Shown here piece by piece: positions 36,247 to 49,400 of a stretch of 64,000 nt of DNA. Positions within the stretch are counted from its first letter, which is position 1. The number at the start of each line of letters is the position of its first letter. The translations under genes were made by a program, and so were the position numbers. Below the pieces are notes generated by a model that ran no database searches, was not told where the DNA came from, and saw only the letters and a list, made by a program, of their open reading frames with translations. Source of the stretch: Acanthaster planci (taxonomy: Eukaryota); the NCBI RefSeq assembly GCF_001949145.1, contig NW_019091360.1, positions 2,974,864 through 3,038,863 of the forward strand, written 5' to 3'.

Positions 36247-37984
36247 ACCGCCCTCTATCGATGGATGATTTTACGAAGTAAGCTGCTATATTGTGAGCAT
36301 CATGGAAAATGGACTGGTCCCCGTCCCTATTGCGTATTGTTTTCCTGGGAAATATAGGGGTAATTATTATATATGGGCGTGGTTAACTGCAAGCTCGATC
36401 AGGTTCGTGGACATGTAGAAACTTAAGTGCTGAGGTAAATGTCGGGCGATTATGAGAACATCCTCCAACCAACTATTCCCCACCAAGAAAACAATTTACT
36501 ACGTATAGACGTGAACCCTTAGCTTGTTGATTTCAAGTATAACGCTCTTCTAACAGAGCTACCATGCAAGTCGGCAAAGAAAGGAAATTTTATTTTGTTT
36601 TGTTTTATACTTAAACGTTTGTGTACCCCATTTATGATAACGCGAGATTATGAGAACCCGAGCTAGAACCCGCTTGGAAAACTTACAACCATCTGTCTTT
36701 CTTTTGCCGCTTTGAGGTGCACTTGAGCTCGAGGCAGATAGGCTCATCCAGAACTAAATTAAAACCATTACTGTGTGAAGGCGCAACGCCCGTGAGTGGG
36801 CGGTACGCGCGCGCTCAACACCTCTTCGACCAATGAGGTGTTGCGACTTGCCAAAAGAATGCGCGCTGAAGTTGAAGAACTCACGCGTGAGCATTGATGT
36901 CTCCTCGGTGACCTCGAATAGGCCTAAATCTGAAGGTATCTGGGTCCTACACACTATGGCCGGAGCATCACACAAAACAAACTCAATGTACCAATCGTTT
37001 CAAAAAGGGCATACCTTGAATCAGATGCTGAAATTTATCCCATTTCGGATGTTAGCAGTTTCCGTGCTAAGGCAAATTTGAGGATTAAAAAATACAAAAT
37101 CGCGGCTCGCGGTTATCGATTTTGAAGTCGACTTTCCGCTCTGTCTGCTGGCATTTTAGTAACTCCATTTCCCACGAGCCACCCCGGTAAATGTTAACAA
37201 TGAACTTGTAAATGCCAACGGAAATCAATCGCATACTCGGCTACTTTTACACGTTATTGATCAGGCTTCGGCTTTCACAGCTCGGGTTTCGGAAGTAAAT
37301 TTGACCGTTGACACCTCTCCAGGACAGCAGGTGTTCTGATTTTAGCCCGGGATTGACTTTGGCGCCACTTGATCGTATTTACGCGGTCGGAAATTGGACG
37401 GTATCATTGAAAAACATGCAAATCACAATATCAGAGTGCAGAAAAGATTTTGAAATTCTTCAAAACCCATATCTTAACAGGCTACTGTCATTCCTTTGGT
37501 AAGTCTGAATTTCATAAATACCAAACATAATTGAAGAAGGAACACTTTCGAATCTTGAACTGCATGTACTGTACATGATGTAGCCAACATGTATGAACAT
37601 ACAAGCAGAGACATTTGATTGGAAACTTTCACCGAAAAAGGGTAAGAATACTCGGTTTTAATAAATGCTCACATTTCAAGACAGTACAACAATGCACAAT
37701 AAGTTGTGTCAAACTGAAACAAAATAAGAGGCACAAATAAATCTTTCCAAGATGCTATTTTTAACAAAACACAAGTGGTAAACAAAACATGCAGTGGGTC
37801 AAATGTAGCGAAGTATTAACTGCAATGGGACGAACCCAACATTTCATGAGAATAATACACAACTTGGCAAAAGAATATCATGTAGCCTAATCCAATGCCC
37901 CCAAATGGGGGCTATGACTACGGTGTCACGCTCGCATGCAAGCGGTGCGCGTGCGTTGAGTACCTCTTTTTCCGTGGGCTCTGG

Positions 37985-38123
37985 CCTGGACCAAGAGAGG
38001 GCGCAATTTCCAAGCAATGGACGCTCCTTCGGTAGTAACTGCGCATCGCTAGCAACAAAATGAGCGCTCCTGACCAATATGGCTTTTTTCAACCGATGAG
38101 GGGGTGCTCCTGCTCAGGGCGGA
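37985..38123 (-). repeat. Dispersed repeat family 2 (reverse orientation)
   Basis: Reverse complement of the family 2 core. Confidence 0.65.
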
Positions 38124-40474
38124 TAGGGAGCCGTCTTGCCCAAATACGGGCATGTGTCAGGGTTGAGAACACGCGCGCGAATGCCGCCGTAGTTAATGCG
38201 TCTCTTCGTGTGACTCTATGCCAAAATAACGAGTACGAAAGGATTTAAATATGCTTCAAAAACAAAACCGCCGAACAAAGCAACAACGCACAGGCAAAAG
38301 CACCACCTCCCTAAAAAAAAAAGAAGTAAGAAATTCTGAAGAAAAAGTCATGATCTTAACAATCCACAGTTATAACTTCTCTGATTTCAACCATTCCCAC
38401 ACAAGGCAGCAACTCTGAATAAACTTTTCAAAAACAAAAGCAAAAGGCCGAACGACCAAACAAAAAACATTCAAAGCAAAAACAAGGCTGACATGTCAAC
38501 AACTGTAAACTTTCATCACTTGCGGTTTGCTCACGAATAATAACAAGTTGAAAGCTAAACAAAGATTTTTTTTTTCCTCTCCAACGTCTGTGCGGTAGAA
38601 CTCACTGGTGAGGGACCCTTACCAGTGCCGGGTGCGAGGGGTCACACCTACCTACGCCCTCCATAACACAAAGACCCCGCCATAACTGAAACGCGACAAC
38701 ACTCACAAGTAACAACAACCTCATCAACCTCTTACCTTGATTAACCTTCTTATATACACAAACATGTAGATTATCTGCTGAAACAAGATACAGGAAAAAA
38801 ATTTGATAAAAAACATTACGAGAATACTTCATTTAGTTCTCGATACTATGTGCTTGGCATGACAGGCAAAATAAAAAAAGTCACGTGTAGTTTAAGGAAA
38901 TAAAATACTGTAGATTTTCAGCCAGCACCACGAAAGTTTGAATGCTGAGAATAGAACTACAGTAGGTGAAGTAATATTTTCGGAATCTCCGATGTCTAGC
39001 GAAATAATGAGAAGAAAATATGAGAACTGATACCAACTCATCCACTGGCATTTCTGCCCTAATTAACAGCAAAGACAAGGCTATTGCAAATCACTGATTT
39101 AGGCTGATTATAACCAAATAAGAAAAATCATCGGAAACATCCAATCTACAAAAATGATGAGAAGGAAAAAAATGGGTCTAAAATTTGGTAAAAACATATC
39201 AAGTAATTACCACATTGTGTCTTGATTGGCCAAGAGAAAGTCACATGGCATTTGCTAATTTGGCTATACGTGTATTGTGCTTTTACAGCTAAAAGAACTG
39301 CACTTTTAACAACCAGAGTACCAAACCCCTAGCAACGATTATTAAAACAATATGCATGACCACTGGTCTGTGTACAAATTCCTTTTTAGGTGCGCGCTGC
39401 ACTCATCCCGAATGCTAGTGATAGAGTTGGGTTTCCAACATTTCGTGAAGAGTTAAATTGGAAAGTGCTGCAAATTTCCAACAAATTTCTGATTTAAACA
39501 GCCGCAAAGTTTATGAATATTTAGATCAAATTAATCAGTTAAATCAATCAGAACCTGCAGGAGACATGTTGTGAAATAAATATTGGCAACTTTATCTGAA
39601 AATTTGGCCTCGGGGAAAAATTGACATGCTCCACAGATCACCTCAGGAGGTTGGTTTCACTACACCACTCAAAGTAGTCAAAATTATACTTCTAAATCAA
39701 TGTCAAAATGCAACACCACAGAGCTAGCTAATAAAGCAATGAATAGAGTGTAATATATCTTTAAAAGACAAAAATAATCCTTTCTAGATGAACTGAACAC
39801 CTCAATGCAAAGTAAACCTCGATGCAATAGTAGCAATAAACTTGAATAAAAGATTTAGATATATTTCTTTATCAAATGATTCTGAAGTGTTTGCCTACGT
39901 GAAATAAATGTGATCGTATCTCTACAAGACAAAATGCACTTTGTATAACGAACTCACAATCAGAGATATTTAACTGAAGGTAACCTGCATTTACATGTAA
40001 ATTCTCCTTCTTCTGAGCTTGTAGTAAAGATGCTACTTTTGTACTTTGCCTTTTCAGGCTAGAAGGCCAGCTACTAAGCTCAGAGGTCAAAGTTCACTCA
40101 TGACTGTGAAACATTCTCAGTATCCATGCTCAATGCTGCAACTTCCAACTATTGTGCCATTTTGATTTTCATTTCCATGAGTGTTGTGGCTGGTCACATG
40201 TAGATGTACTCTGGCCTTATCATGAAATCCCTTCTTTTCAAAGCCACTGACAATTATTAATGTACAAATTCTTGATTCTTTGCACTGCTGTGTGCTTGAA
40301 ATTTTAGCGTATTTTAATTCTAGTTGTAATGTATCTCGATATATTTTTAAGGATTGAAGAAACTATTAAACTAAGTCAACTAAAATGATTACACTTATTC
40401 ATGCCATTTTTAATTACTTCTGAAGTGCCTTGGTGCGATGCTCCAAGAAGATTCTGAGGAAAACTTGGGCTTGT

Positions 40475-43400
40475 TTAGGAGACTTTGTTGACAGCATCGA
40501 TCAAGATGTTTAGGTCCCCTTTCAAGGCAGAAAGAAACAAAACTGCAATAAAAGGCTCTGTATGCATATCAGTCCCATGCAACTAGTTCACTTTTTTTAT
40601 TCTTCATTTTATGAGCACATTAGTTCAAGCGTGGCAGAGACAATGGACGAACAGAGACAATGGACTGGCATGTGTGACTGAAATGTTTACTGCCACCAGG
40701 TGTTTCCTATTTAGTTAATTCTATTAGTATAATTCTAGGATTTAAATATTTCCAAGTCCCTTTCTAGCCAAGGTTAAAACTTCCTGTCCACTTCCAGGAA
40801 AAAATTGTGAAAATGACATACTATCTGAGGTCATATTTGCATTCCACCAAGTTTTTGGGAAGCAAATGTGAAGATTGGTTCACCGAGGTTATCGATTTAT
40901 GAAAGAAAACAAATTGGGGCTTGTAATGTTATAGAAGCAAAAATTGTCTATTCAAATTTAATTTTGCCCATCCTCAGGCCGGACAGGTGGACGGGTGGCA
41001 AGATGAGACACTGAGCCGGAGTAGCAAAAATGATGTGAGATACGGGCAACCTGACTTACCTCGGATAGACTGGGCCAGCTCCTTCAGCTGTGTCTTCTTC
41101 TCCAACACCTCCACCGACTGAGTGTAGGCATTGTAGCGGACCGAGAAGGGCCGCGGGATGACGGAGGCAAATTGCCTGGAAAAGAGATTGATGAGCAACA
41201 CTTCCTGATCTGTGCACTTGATAACATACAGCTGGGTTTCCGTTGCCTCAAACTTGTGTGTTTACACGCACACCCTCTTAACTTCTGGAAGAGTTTGGCT
41301 ACAATATTAGTGCACTGTAATTAGGAATTTATCTGACCTATGAAATACAGGACTAGAAGGGTTTGTAACTGCTCATGAATCCTTTTACAGATGGTATATT
41401 CTCCTATTGGACTGGTATCCTCAAAAACCACGATATGGTCACTCTATAAATTAGATTTGAAGTGTGTCATTTTTGTGCCTGTTACACTTGACCTGTGTAA
41501 TTTGATATTGAAATATCACAGAGATTGACTTTAAAGGATTTTGTTTGGCAGGTAATTTTCATTACTCCATTACTCTTGGAAATTAAAGCATGTGTTCTAA
41601 ACTTACAAAATCATACGTCAATATCATACATTAATTTGTGAATGACTTGCAAGTCACTTATAATTTGGCTTGTCACTAGTGACTGATCTATGGTAAATTG
41701 GTATTGATTCATGACTAACTTCAGATTCTGTAACTGACTTGTGACTGGCTTGTGATATGACATGTTTGTGACCTGTGACTGACTTGTGACCTGACTTCTG
41801 ACGTGACCTGGGATTGACTTAAGACCTGACTTCTGATATGACCTGTAATTGACTTGTAATCTAACTTCTGACGTGACCTGTGACTGACTTGTAACTGGAC
41901 TTCTAATATGACCTGTGATTGACTTGTAGACAGCGTTCTGATGTGACCTGTAATTGACTTGTAATCTGACTTCTGTAATAACCTGTGATTGACTTTTTAT
42001 CGGACTTCTGATATGATCTGTGATTTACTTGTAAACTAACTTCTGACGTGACCTGTGACTGACTTCTAACTGGACTTCTAATAAGGCCTATGATTGACTT
42101 GTAGACGACGTTCTGATGTGACCTGTAATTGACTTGTAATCTGACTTCTGTTATAACCTGTGATTGACTTGTAATCGGACTTCTGATATGATCTGTCATT
42201 GACTTGTAATCTGACTTCTCATATTATCGGTGATTGAGTTGTAATCTGACTTCTGGTATGATCTGTGATTGAGTTGTAATCTGAGTTTTGATTAGCTTAT
42301 TCAAAAAATTCAAGATTAAAACCTTCAGTTAGATCAAGTTTACAAATATTAGGTCTTACCGACCGGCAAATTGTTAATTATTAAACCATTATAAAATCAG
42401 TTGCAATATTGCACACAATTGTACTTTATAATCACTACAATAGCTTCTCAATTTCAATTCCTTTTAAATTTTTAAATGAATAATTTACTTTTGGAGTCGT
42501 TGTAAGATTTCTGTTGCTTTTCATTTGAATCTACTTGAAAAAAAGCCTCCATAGTGCAATTTTTCTCATTTAAACAAAGAAAATTCTCTCTTTTTACTAA
42601 TTTTGCATTAGAATATTCATATTCGGAAAATAGTATTCGAATATTTGATAATCGATCGAATATTCAGATACTCGGCACAGCCCTAGTGATTTGACTTGTG
42701 ATAGCCTTCTGACCAACTTGTGACATTTGATGATGTTCCTGAGGTCTCAGATTCAAACCCTGATCCAGTCCATTTCTTTCTTCATGTTCACTTTGATTAT
42801 GGTTTCCACAGCTTAATTTCTGTCCCTGTAACTAGCTTTTCACACTTTAAATCTACATATTAAAATGAATATACCTCATTTTATCCTTGGCGTCTTCAAA
42901 GCTCTCTGCTACAAAGTACATTGGCTGGAAACTGGAGAGGGGGTATTTCTGCCCAAACGTCTTAGCCGGGCTGAAGGGTTTGAATTCAGGTTTGTCTGTC
43001 AGACAGTACTGGGAAATAAACGGAAACAACAACTGACACAAGGAAACAAGATTGTGAATAGGAATCTTCCATTCTTTACGTTGGAACTTTATGTTCGGTG
43101 TTTTCCTAAATATGGTGAGAAACAAAGGAGACAGTCAGAAATGTTGGTTGGCACTTCATCATGCACCTTGTATGTCTGTCTTGCTAATTTGGCTGTCTGT
43201 CTGTTCTCTAGCTGTTTGTCATTTGTCTATTGTTTGGAGTGAGTTTCCGAGGTCTACTGGGTTAACTTGAAGACGTGCATGCTGCCCGTCTTCCAATGGA
43301 CCGTTAATGTAGCTGAAGCATAGTCACTGTTCACTCAGTTTTCATACACATAGAGAAATTTGCAATACAAACATATACCAAGTGTGGACATTCCTGTTTT

Positions 43401-46400
43401 CGTGTGGTAAAGAAATCTCAGAGTGATACTAATTTATCTGGCACTGTGAACTGCGGTTTCCTTTACTGTTCTTTGTTTTGCCAAACCTAGCCCCAAATAT
43501 GTATAAGACTGTTCTTCAGAGAGGAGAGTAACCTCATGTGGACCTTGCTTAGTCCAAACAAGGTTCACATGAACCCTTCACTATGTGGACCCATTTTGTT
43601 CTCAAGCCACACAATGTCCACTCAAGAAAAGCCAATACTTGCAATGTTTTCATTTTGGTTCCAAATCTTACCTGCAGTTCCCCGTAGGAGGACAGCAGCC
43701 CAGCACCGTATGCTTTGCGTTGACCATTCTGAATACACATCCCGAACTCCACGGTAAAAAAGTAGCACTGACAAAACAGGAAAAAGTACACATACATGTA
43801 TACACACTCAAAATCAGTGATTATGAAGAGTTTTTCATGGTATTTTAATGAGCCCAGCTGGAAAAACTTCAAAACCCCCAGTGAGTGCTTAATACATGCA
43901 ACTACTACAGGTTTGCTGTAGCAATATGTTACAATCTCTTTTGCATTATTCAGGTCTATATCCATACATATACTAAAACAAAGTTTTAGTTTTTGCAAAA
44001 CAACAAAATATTAGGCGGAAGTATCTACTCATCACAGGAGACTTTTTTTATGTCTTCAAACAGTTTATGTATAGTTTCTAAGCAAACTAAATGAGAACTT
44101 ACTGTTGACAGCTTCCCTACGTATTCATCAGGTGCACCGAGAGAAGCAAGACCAATCTCCTGAAAGGAAAGTGGAAAGTGTCATATATGCCTGAGATATA
44201 AAAAGGCTTCAGCAGTCACATATTTAACTCCAGTCTTCCTGGACATGAGATAACGGATACTAATCTTCCCCTATCTTCCCAGCGTAGTGTTGCGGTAGTC
44301 TGGTTTTCAGATGTAAAGGTCAGGTAGCCATCATTGACCAAAACAGACCAAGGGGCAATGCAAGATGTAACATCTTGAATGCAACTAGTGCATCTCTGTT
44401 ACTTTGTAAAACTCAGTGTCAGGCAAAAGCTGCAATGAGTATTAAAAACATTTTTTTTCAACAATGCAAAGCCAAAGAGAAGGAAAACAATTTTTACACT
44501 GTGGACATTTGGAAATAATAAAGACAGTCTCCAAAAAGTCAATGAGTAGTGGTTTGGAAATTTCAGACAGTGATGGAAAGATTCAGAAATTCCTTCTGTT
44601 TTGGTCAAGCAACTGTGGTGGCAACCAGACCTGAAAATAAATCTCAACTGGTCAACACATTCGGTCTGGAAACCAGACTAACATTGTAGGTCCATTGTAG
44701 ATTACCCTCCAGTTAACACCCATACCTAATTAAATTTCTGAGCAAAAGCAGTGGGCTTACTCAATCAGCACACAGCAACTGGATTCGAACCCCTTACCAC
44801 TGGATCACAATCAAGTCAAAAATTCTCAACCTCCTACAGGGTGGATCCCTACGTAATTCTAAATCAGACACCAAGGCTTATTTTATTTCCAAGAATCAGC
44901 TTTCAATTTTTTTTATTCACAAGTGAATTGAACACCACAGAGAGCCAATAACACAACCTCAAATCTCACCTGTGAAAACTGAGCAAAGCTAGGATCAGCA
45001 AACAACGGCACATGTCCAATCAGCTCATGGCAAACATCACTGTTGGTAAGAAGAAAAGACAATTACATGATGGAAAATAATTGTTCGTCAGACATTAAAA
45101 TCAATCTACACGGGTATGCGTAAAACATGAGGTCACTTAATCGCAACTTCAATTGGCTCATACAAGTTTAGTTGATGGCAGTGACAGAAGACATCATTTC
45201 AAATAAGTGCATATGGCGCGGAACTAGCCCCACACATAGGGCTGTGGTGGCGACAGATAAGAGACAGACTGTAAAAGAGAGCCACTACAGCCCTACGTAT
45301 GGGGCTAGCACGGAACATGCGCGAGATCAGTTTTATCGGCGCCCTGGTGTCATTCTCATAATGCGTGAAATAACCTGTGTAGTACAGCACGCATGACCTG
45401 ATGTGAGTTAATGTTATTATCAAAATGGTATTTTATTAAAATCATCATCATAGCTAAGAAAGTTGCATTGCACATGTATGATTTTACCAAAAAACATTAC
45501 AAAAAGACAAAGAGAAATACAATAAATCATGAGCTTGTTAGATTATTAAGACATACACGGATGACAAATTACTACAAAGGTTGGTCAAAGCCTTGAAGTA
45601 CCCACAAGCTAGAATCAGCGTAGGCACAAGCAATCCACAGATATGCTGGGTGATCTCTAGGAAGTCACACCATGTGGGGATTGCAGAGTGCCGCGTGTGG
45701 ATTTCTGGCAGTGCTAGTGCAGATTATTCAAGAGTTCTTTCATAATAATTGTTAATGAGTCTAATAGACTGAAACGTAATTGGGTAAATGGAGTAACTGA
45801 TGAGAACATTAAACCCGCTCCTTTTGATCTTACCAACAAATCTTACTGCTACGCACAAGTTTTAATTGTTACATCTGTGAACCGAGTCACTCGTCAATTA
45901 CCAATTGCATGGTTTTATACCGGTATTTCCACCAAAACAACCCCATAACCCTTAGATTTCTCATCAGACTCCGGGCAAAGGCATAGTTTAGGTTAGGTGA
46001 CTTTTCCACAGACTAAAGGTAGGTTTCCTAAACTCGTACAACCTAGACTGGCTTGTAAGGAAATCATGCTACGCAGTCCAATGGCTTTGTATTGTTACTG
46101 ACACCGTGTGCATCATTTTTGTGCTTATATGTAGTATTTGGATTGGACCTATTTCTAAGCATGATTAAAAGTAGGCTTTTCATGTCAAACCTATGTCTCG
46201 CACCATAAATTTCTTTGTCTGCTGGTAGAAGTTTACGACCGGTTTACTTACGGTTCTGGTGCGTACCAAGGGTTTGACCCGTGCCTGATGTACTGGGTGC
46301 TGTGGAACACGCGGAATGCCAAGCCAGCTAGGAAATCCCGGGAAGAGAGAAGCCCTGCCACAGGACGCAGGGTGAAACCTGTGCGATCTGGCCATCAAGA

Positions 46401-49400
46401 TGCAAAAAAAATTGGTGAAAAATCAACCGGGAAACCAACACAATCTGGGTGACCTTGTCAACAGACTTTTCTCAGCCATCTGGATAGGGAACCATCAAAC
46501 GGCTGTCAAACAAGTCACTCTGTCTGTCACTTTTGATAGTGATCAAGAAGTATTGGCAACAATAACNNNNNNNNNNNNNNNNNNNNNNNNNNNNNNNNNN
46601 NNNNNNNNNNNNNNNNNNNNNNNNNNNNNNNNNNNNNNNNNNNNNNNNNNNNNNNNNNNNNNNNNNNNNNNNNNNNNNNNNNNNNNNNNNNNNNNNNNNN
46701 NNNNNNNNNNNNNNNNNNNNNNNNNNNNNNNNNNNNNNNNNNNNNNNNNNNNNNNNNNNNNNNNNNNNNNNNNNNNNNNNNNNNNNNNNNNNNNNNNNNN
46801 NNNNNNNNNNNNNNNNNNNNNNNNNNNNNNNNNNNNNNNNNNNNNNNNNNNNNNNNNNNNNNNNNNNNNNNNNNNNNNNNNNNNNNNNNNNNNNNNNNNN
46901 NNNNNNNNNNNNNNNNNNNNNNNNNNNNNNNNNNNNNNNNNNNNNNNNNNNNNNNNNNNNNNNNNNNNNNNNNNNNNNNNNNNNNNNNNNNNNNNNNNNN
47001 NNNNNNNNNNNNNNNNNNAGTCCCCGGCTGGTAGTGGTTAAAGATTTAAAAATTTAGTAACTTATTTAATCTAATTAAATGATTCAGACAGTAGTTTTGG
47101 ATTTTGTTGTTCTGATAAGTGGACTTGCTGAATTCAACAGGGATTGTGTTTCTATGTTGCAAAGTTTAGGTGCACATATGGCAGCCTATAAAAGGGTCCA
47201 ATATTTGATAATGCTCAACATTGAAGATCAAGGCATAAAGCATTCTGGCCAGTGATCAACATACAGGTTTGAAAGCAAGAACATGCTGTTGTGGGTACCA
47301 TTAAAATTGGAAAATAATGTCTGGCATGCAGAGATGAACAAAATTTTACAGTTTACATCTAGACTCTGAAAGCTGACAGTCTGGTGGTCAGAAGTACAAA
47401 TGAGTAACAGGCATATGCCGAGGTCAGGTCATCTTTGCCACACATTAACTAGGGAACCAAGTCATAGCGCTGGTCAACAAAGGGCAGATGCCGATGGGGG
47501 AGCCCATAGGGGAAGTCTTTGGGGTGCAAATGCCCTTCTCAAGCCCCCATTCCCCCTACGCCACCACAAAACATTTTGGTTCAGAATTTGAACAGAAAAA
47601 AAATGAACTGAACAGCATTTTTTTCTGATTGACGTCACAGCAACAGCACCATCGGTTGTCCAGAAAAGCTCGGAAAATGTTTCGAAAAAGTGCAATCTTC
47701 AGTAGAGTTAACCGTGTGCAAAAAGTCTACAAACATTTGACTACATGGACCTTTTCAAAATTACTTTGGAAGAACTGAATCTGTTCTGCTAAGATGTGCA
47801 TGAGTGAGCAAGTTGTACACCACACAGGAAGTTAATGACGACCTGTTTCTTTGCAATGCTAACATCACAGGCAAAATCAAATCCGCTACGAAAAGTCACT
47901 TCAGATGATTTTTTGCACACGGTCAAACAGCTTTGAAATTATTCTTATTTTTATATAATGATTCACTTTGCTCAGGTTGCTACTAAGAGTGAGTATGTGC
48001 TTTACCTTTGAGGAAGTTTGAGACATCCTCAAGTTGCGGAATGTTGTCCTCTCGGTAGCCACAGTTCTCCACCAGGAGGGAGAACATGTGGTTGAATTCA
48101 CGGCAGGCGTGGGTGGGGAACAGCTTGGTAAGCTCTCGGAACATGGTGCCCCAGGTCTTGATCTCGTCGGCTGTGTAGGTAACGTGGGGAATCGGGGTCC
48201 CACTGCAAAGACAATGAAGACGCAAAATTTGCATTCGAACATTCACTTTGTTTGAACAAAGAAGGTTAAGGCCTGAGGTTGGAGAGTGATATCAACTCCA
48301 TGGCAAAGACAGTGATGATGATGAGAACACCCAATATCACAAACCGGTTTCAGAAATGAAGATAGGATTGGCGCTTCTTTGGCTCATTGTGACAATGATT
48401 CCAGTCCAAATTGGCGCCTATGATGTATCTAGTTTTGGTCTATAGAGATTGGGAGGGGGAGATTTTTTCCCCAAAACAATACGGATGTTTCACAATACTG
48501 CGCCTCCAAGAGTCTGCAAGGCGTTGACCAATCACAGCTTGCGAAATCTGTCGACCCGATGCGCGTTTGGAAAGGGTCAACAAATTTCGCACTCTGTGAT
48601 TTGTCAATGCTTTGGAAACTCTTGGAGGCACACTATTGTGAATCACCCATATTGTCTTGTCCACGAAAGAACCCTTCACCCTCAAAAGGTGCTAGCACTG
48701 TCTATAAAATGTTGCTCTTGGTTCCTAATAAATTAGCAATAAGTTCCCCGGGGGTAATTTGTTATTTGATTGAAACCTGACAATAATCAAATCATCCGAA
48801 CGAATTTGGGATACAGCTTTTTGTTTCCACTTAAAAAACAAAAAATCTAACTGGTGACAAGAATCGTTCATAATCTGCTCTGCTGCAGAGAACTGATCTC
48901 TTCGCTGGCTTCTGCTTCAAGTACAAAGTCAGCTTGCAAAGGTCCATGGATAATCGGAAAACACAGTACTTTGGGGTTTAAAGATCGGACGCTGGGGGCA
49001 CGGTATACACAGGGAGTCTTACACAGTCTGATTGGTTACGAGCCAAAAACTGACATCAGGCACAAATACATATGACATTACTTTTTAATCCTCTGTATAC
49101 TTTGTTTTCACTCATGTGAAAAACATAGGATATTCAGGAGAGTTGGTATTTGCGATACATCAAGTTGACGTGAACTGTATACATCAAAAGTTCCATGTGT
49201 AGCCTATCATAAATGAAGTTGGAAGTTCACGGTTTGTATCAAATACTAAATTCGAGCACTGTTTGTTGATAAGACTGCGAGCGAGGCCGTTGGTGGTTTA
49301 CACAATTTCACCTTGAACAACCACTTCGGTTAACAGCAACAAAGACAAGTGATGTCCAACGTGTAACTGCAATTTCATTACAACTCACTATTTGTAGTTG

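Noticed and set aside
41730..42288. 35-bp periodic array and its 98 aa ORF as a CRISPR array or repeat protein
   Set aside because: No unique spacers and no cas genes. It is a eukaryotic intronic minisatellite and the ORF is a by-product.
44770..44812. tRNA-like B-box (GGTTCGAATCCAG on the minus strand)
   Set aside because: No complete cloverleaf is visible; at most a decayed tRNA-derived SINE head.
46400..47041. 213 aa ORF (and the 107 aa ORF at 35945-36268)
   Set aside because: Both are artefacts of reading through N gaps.
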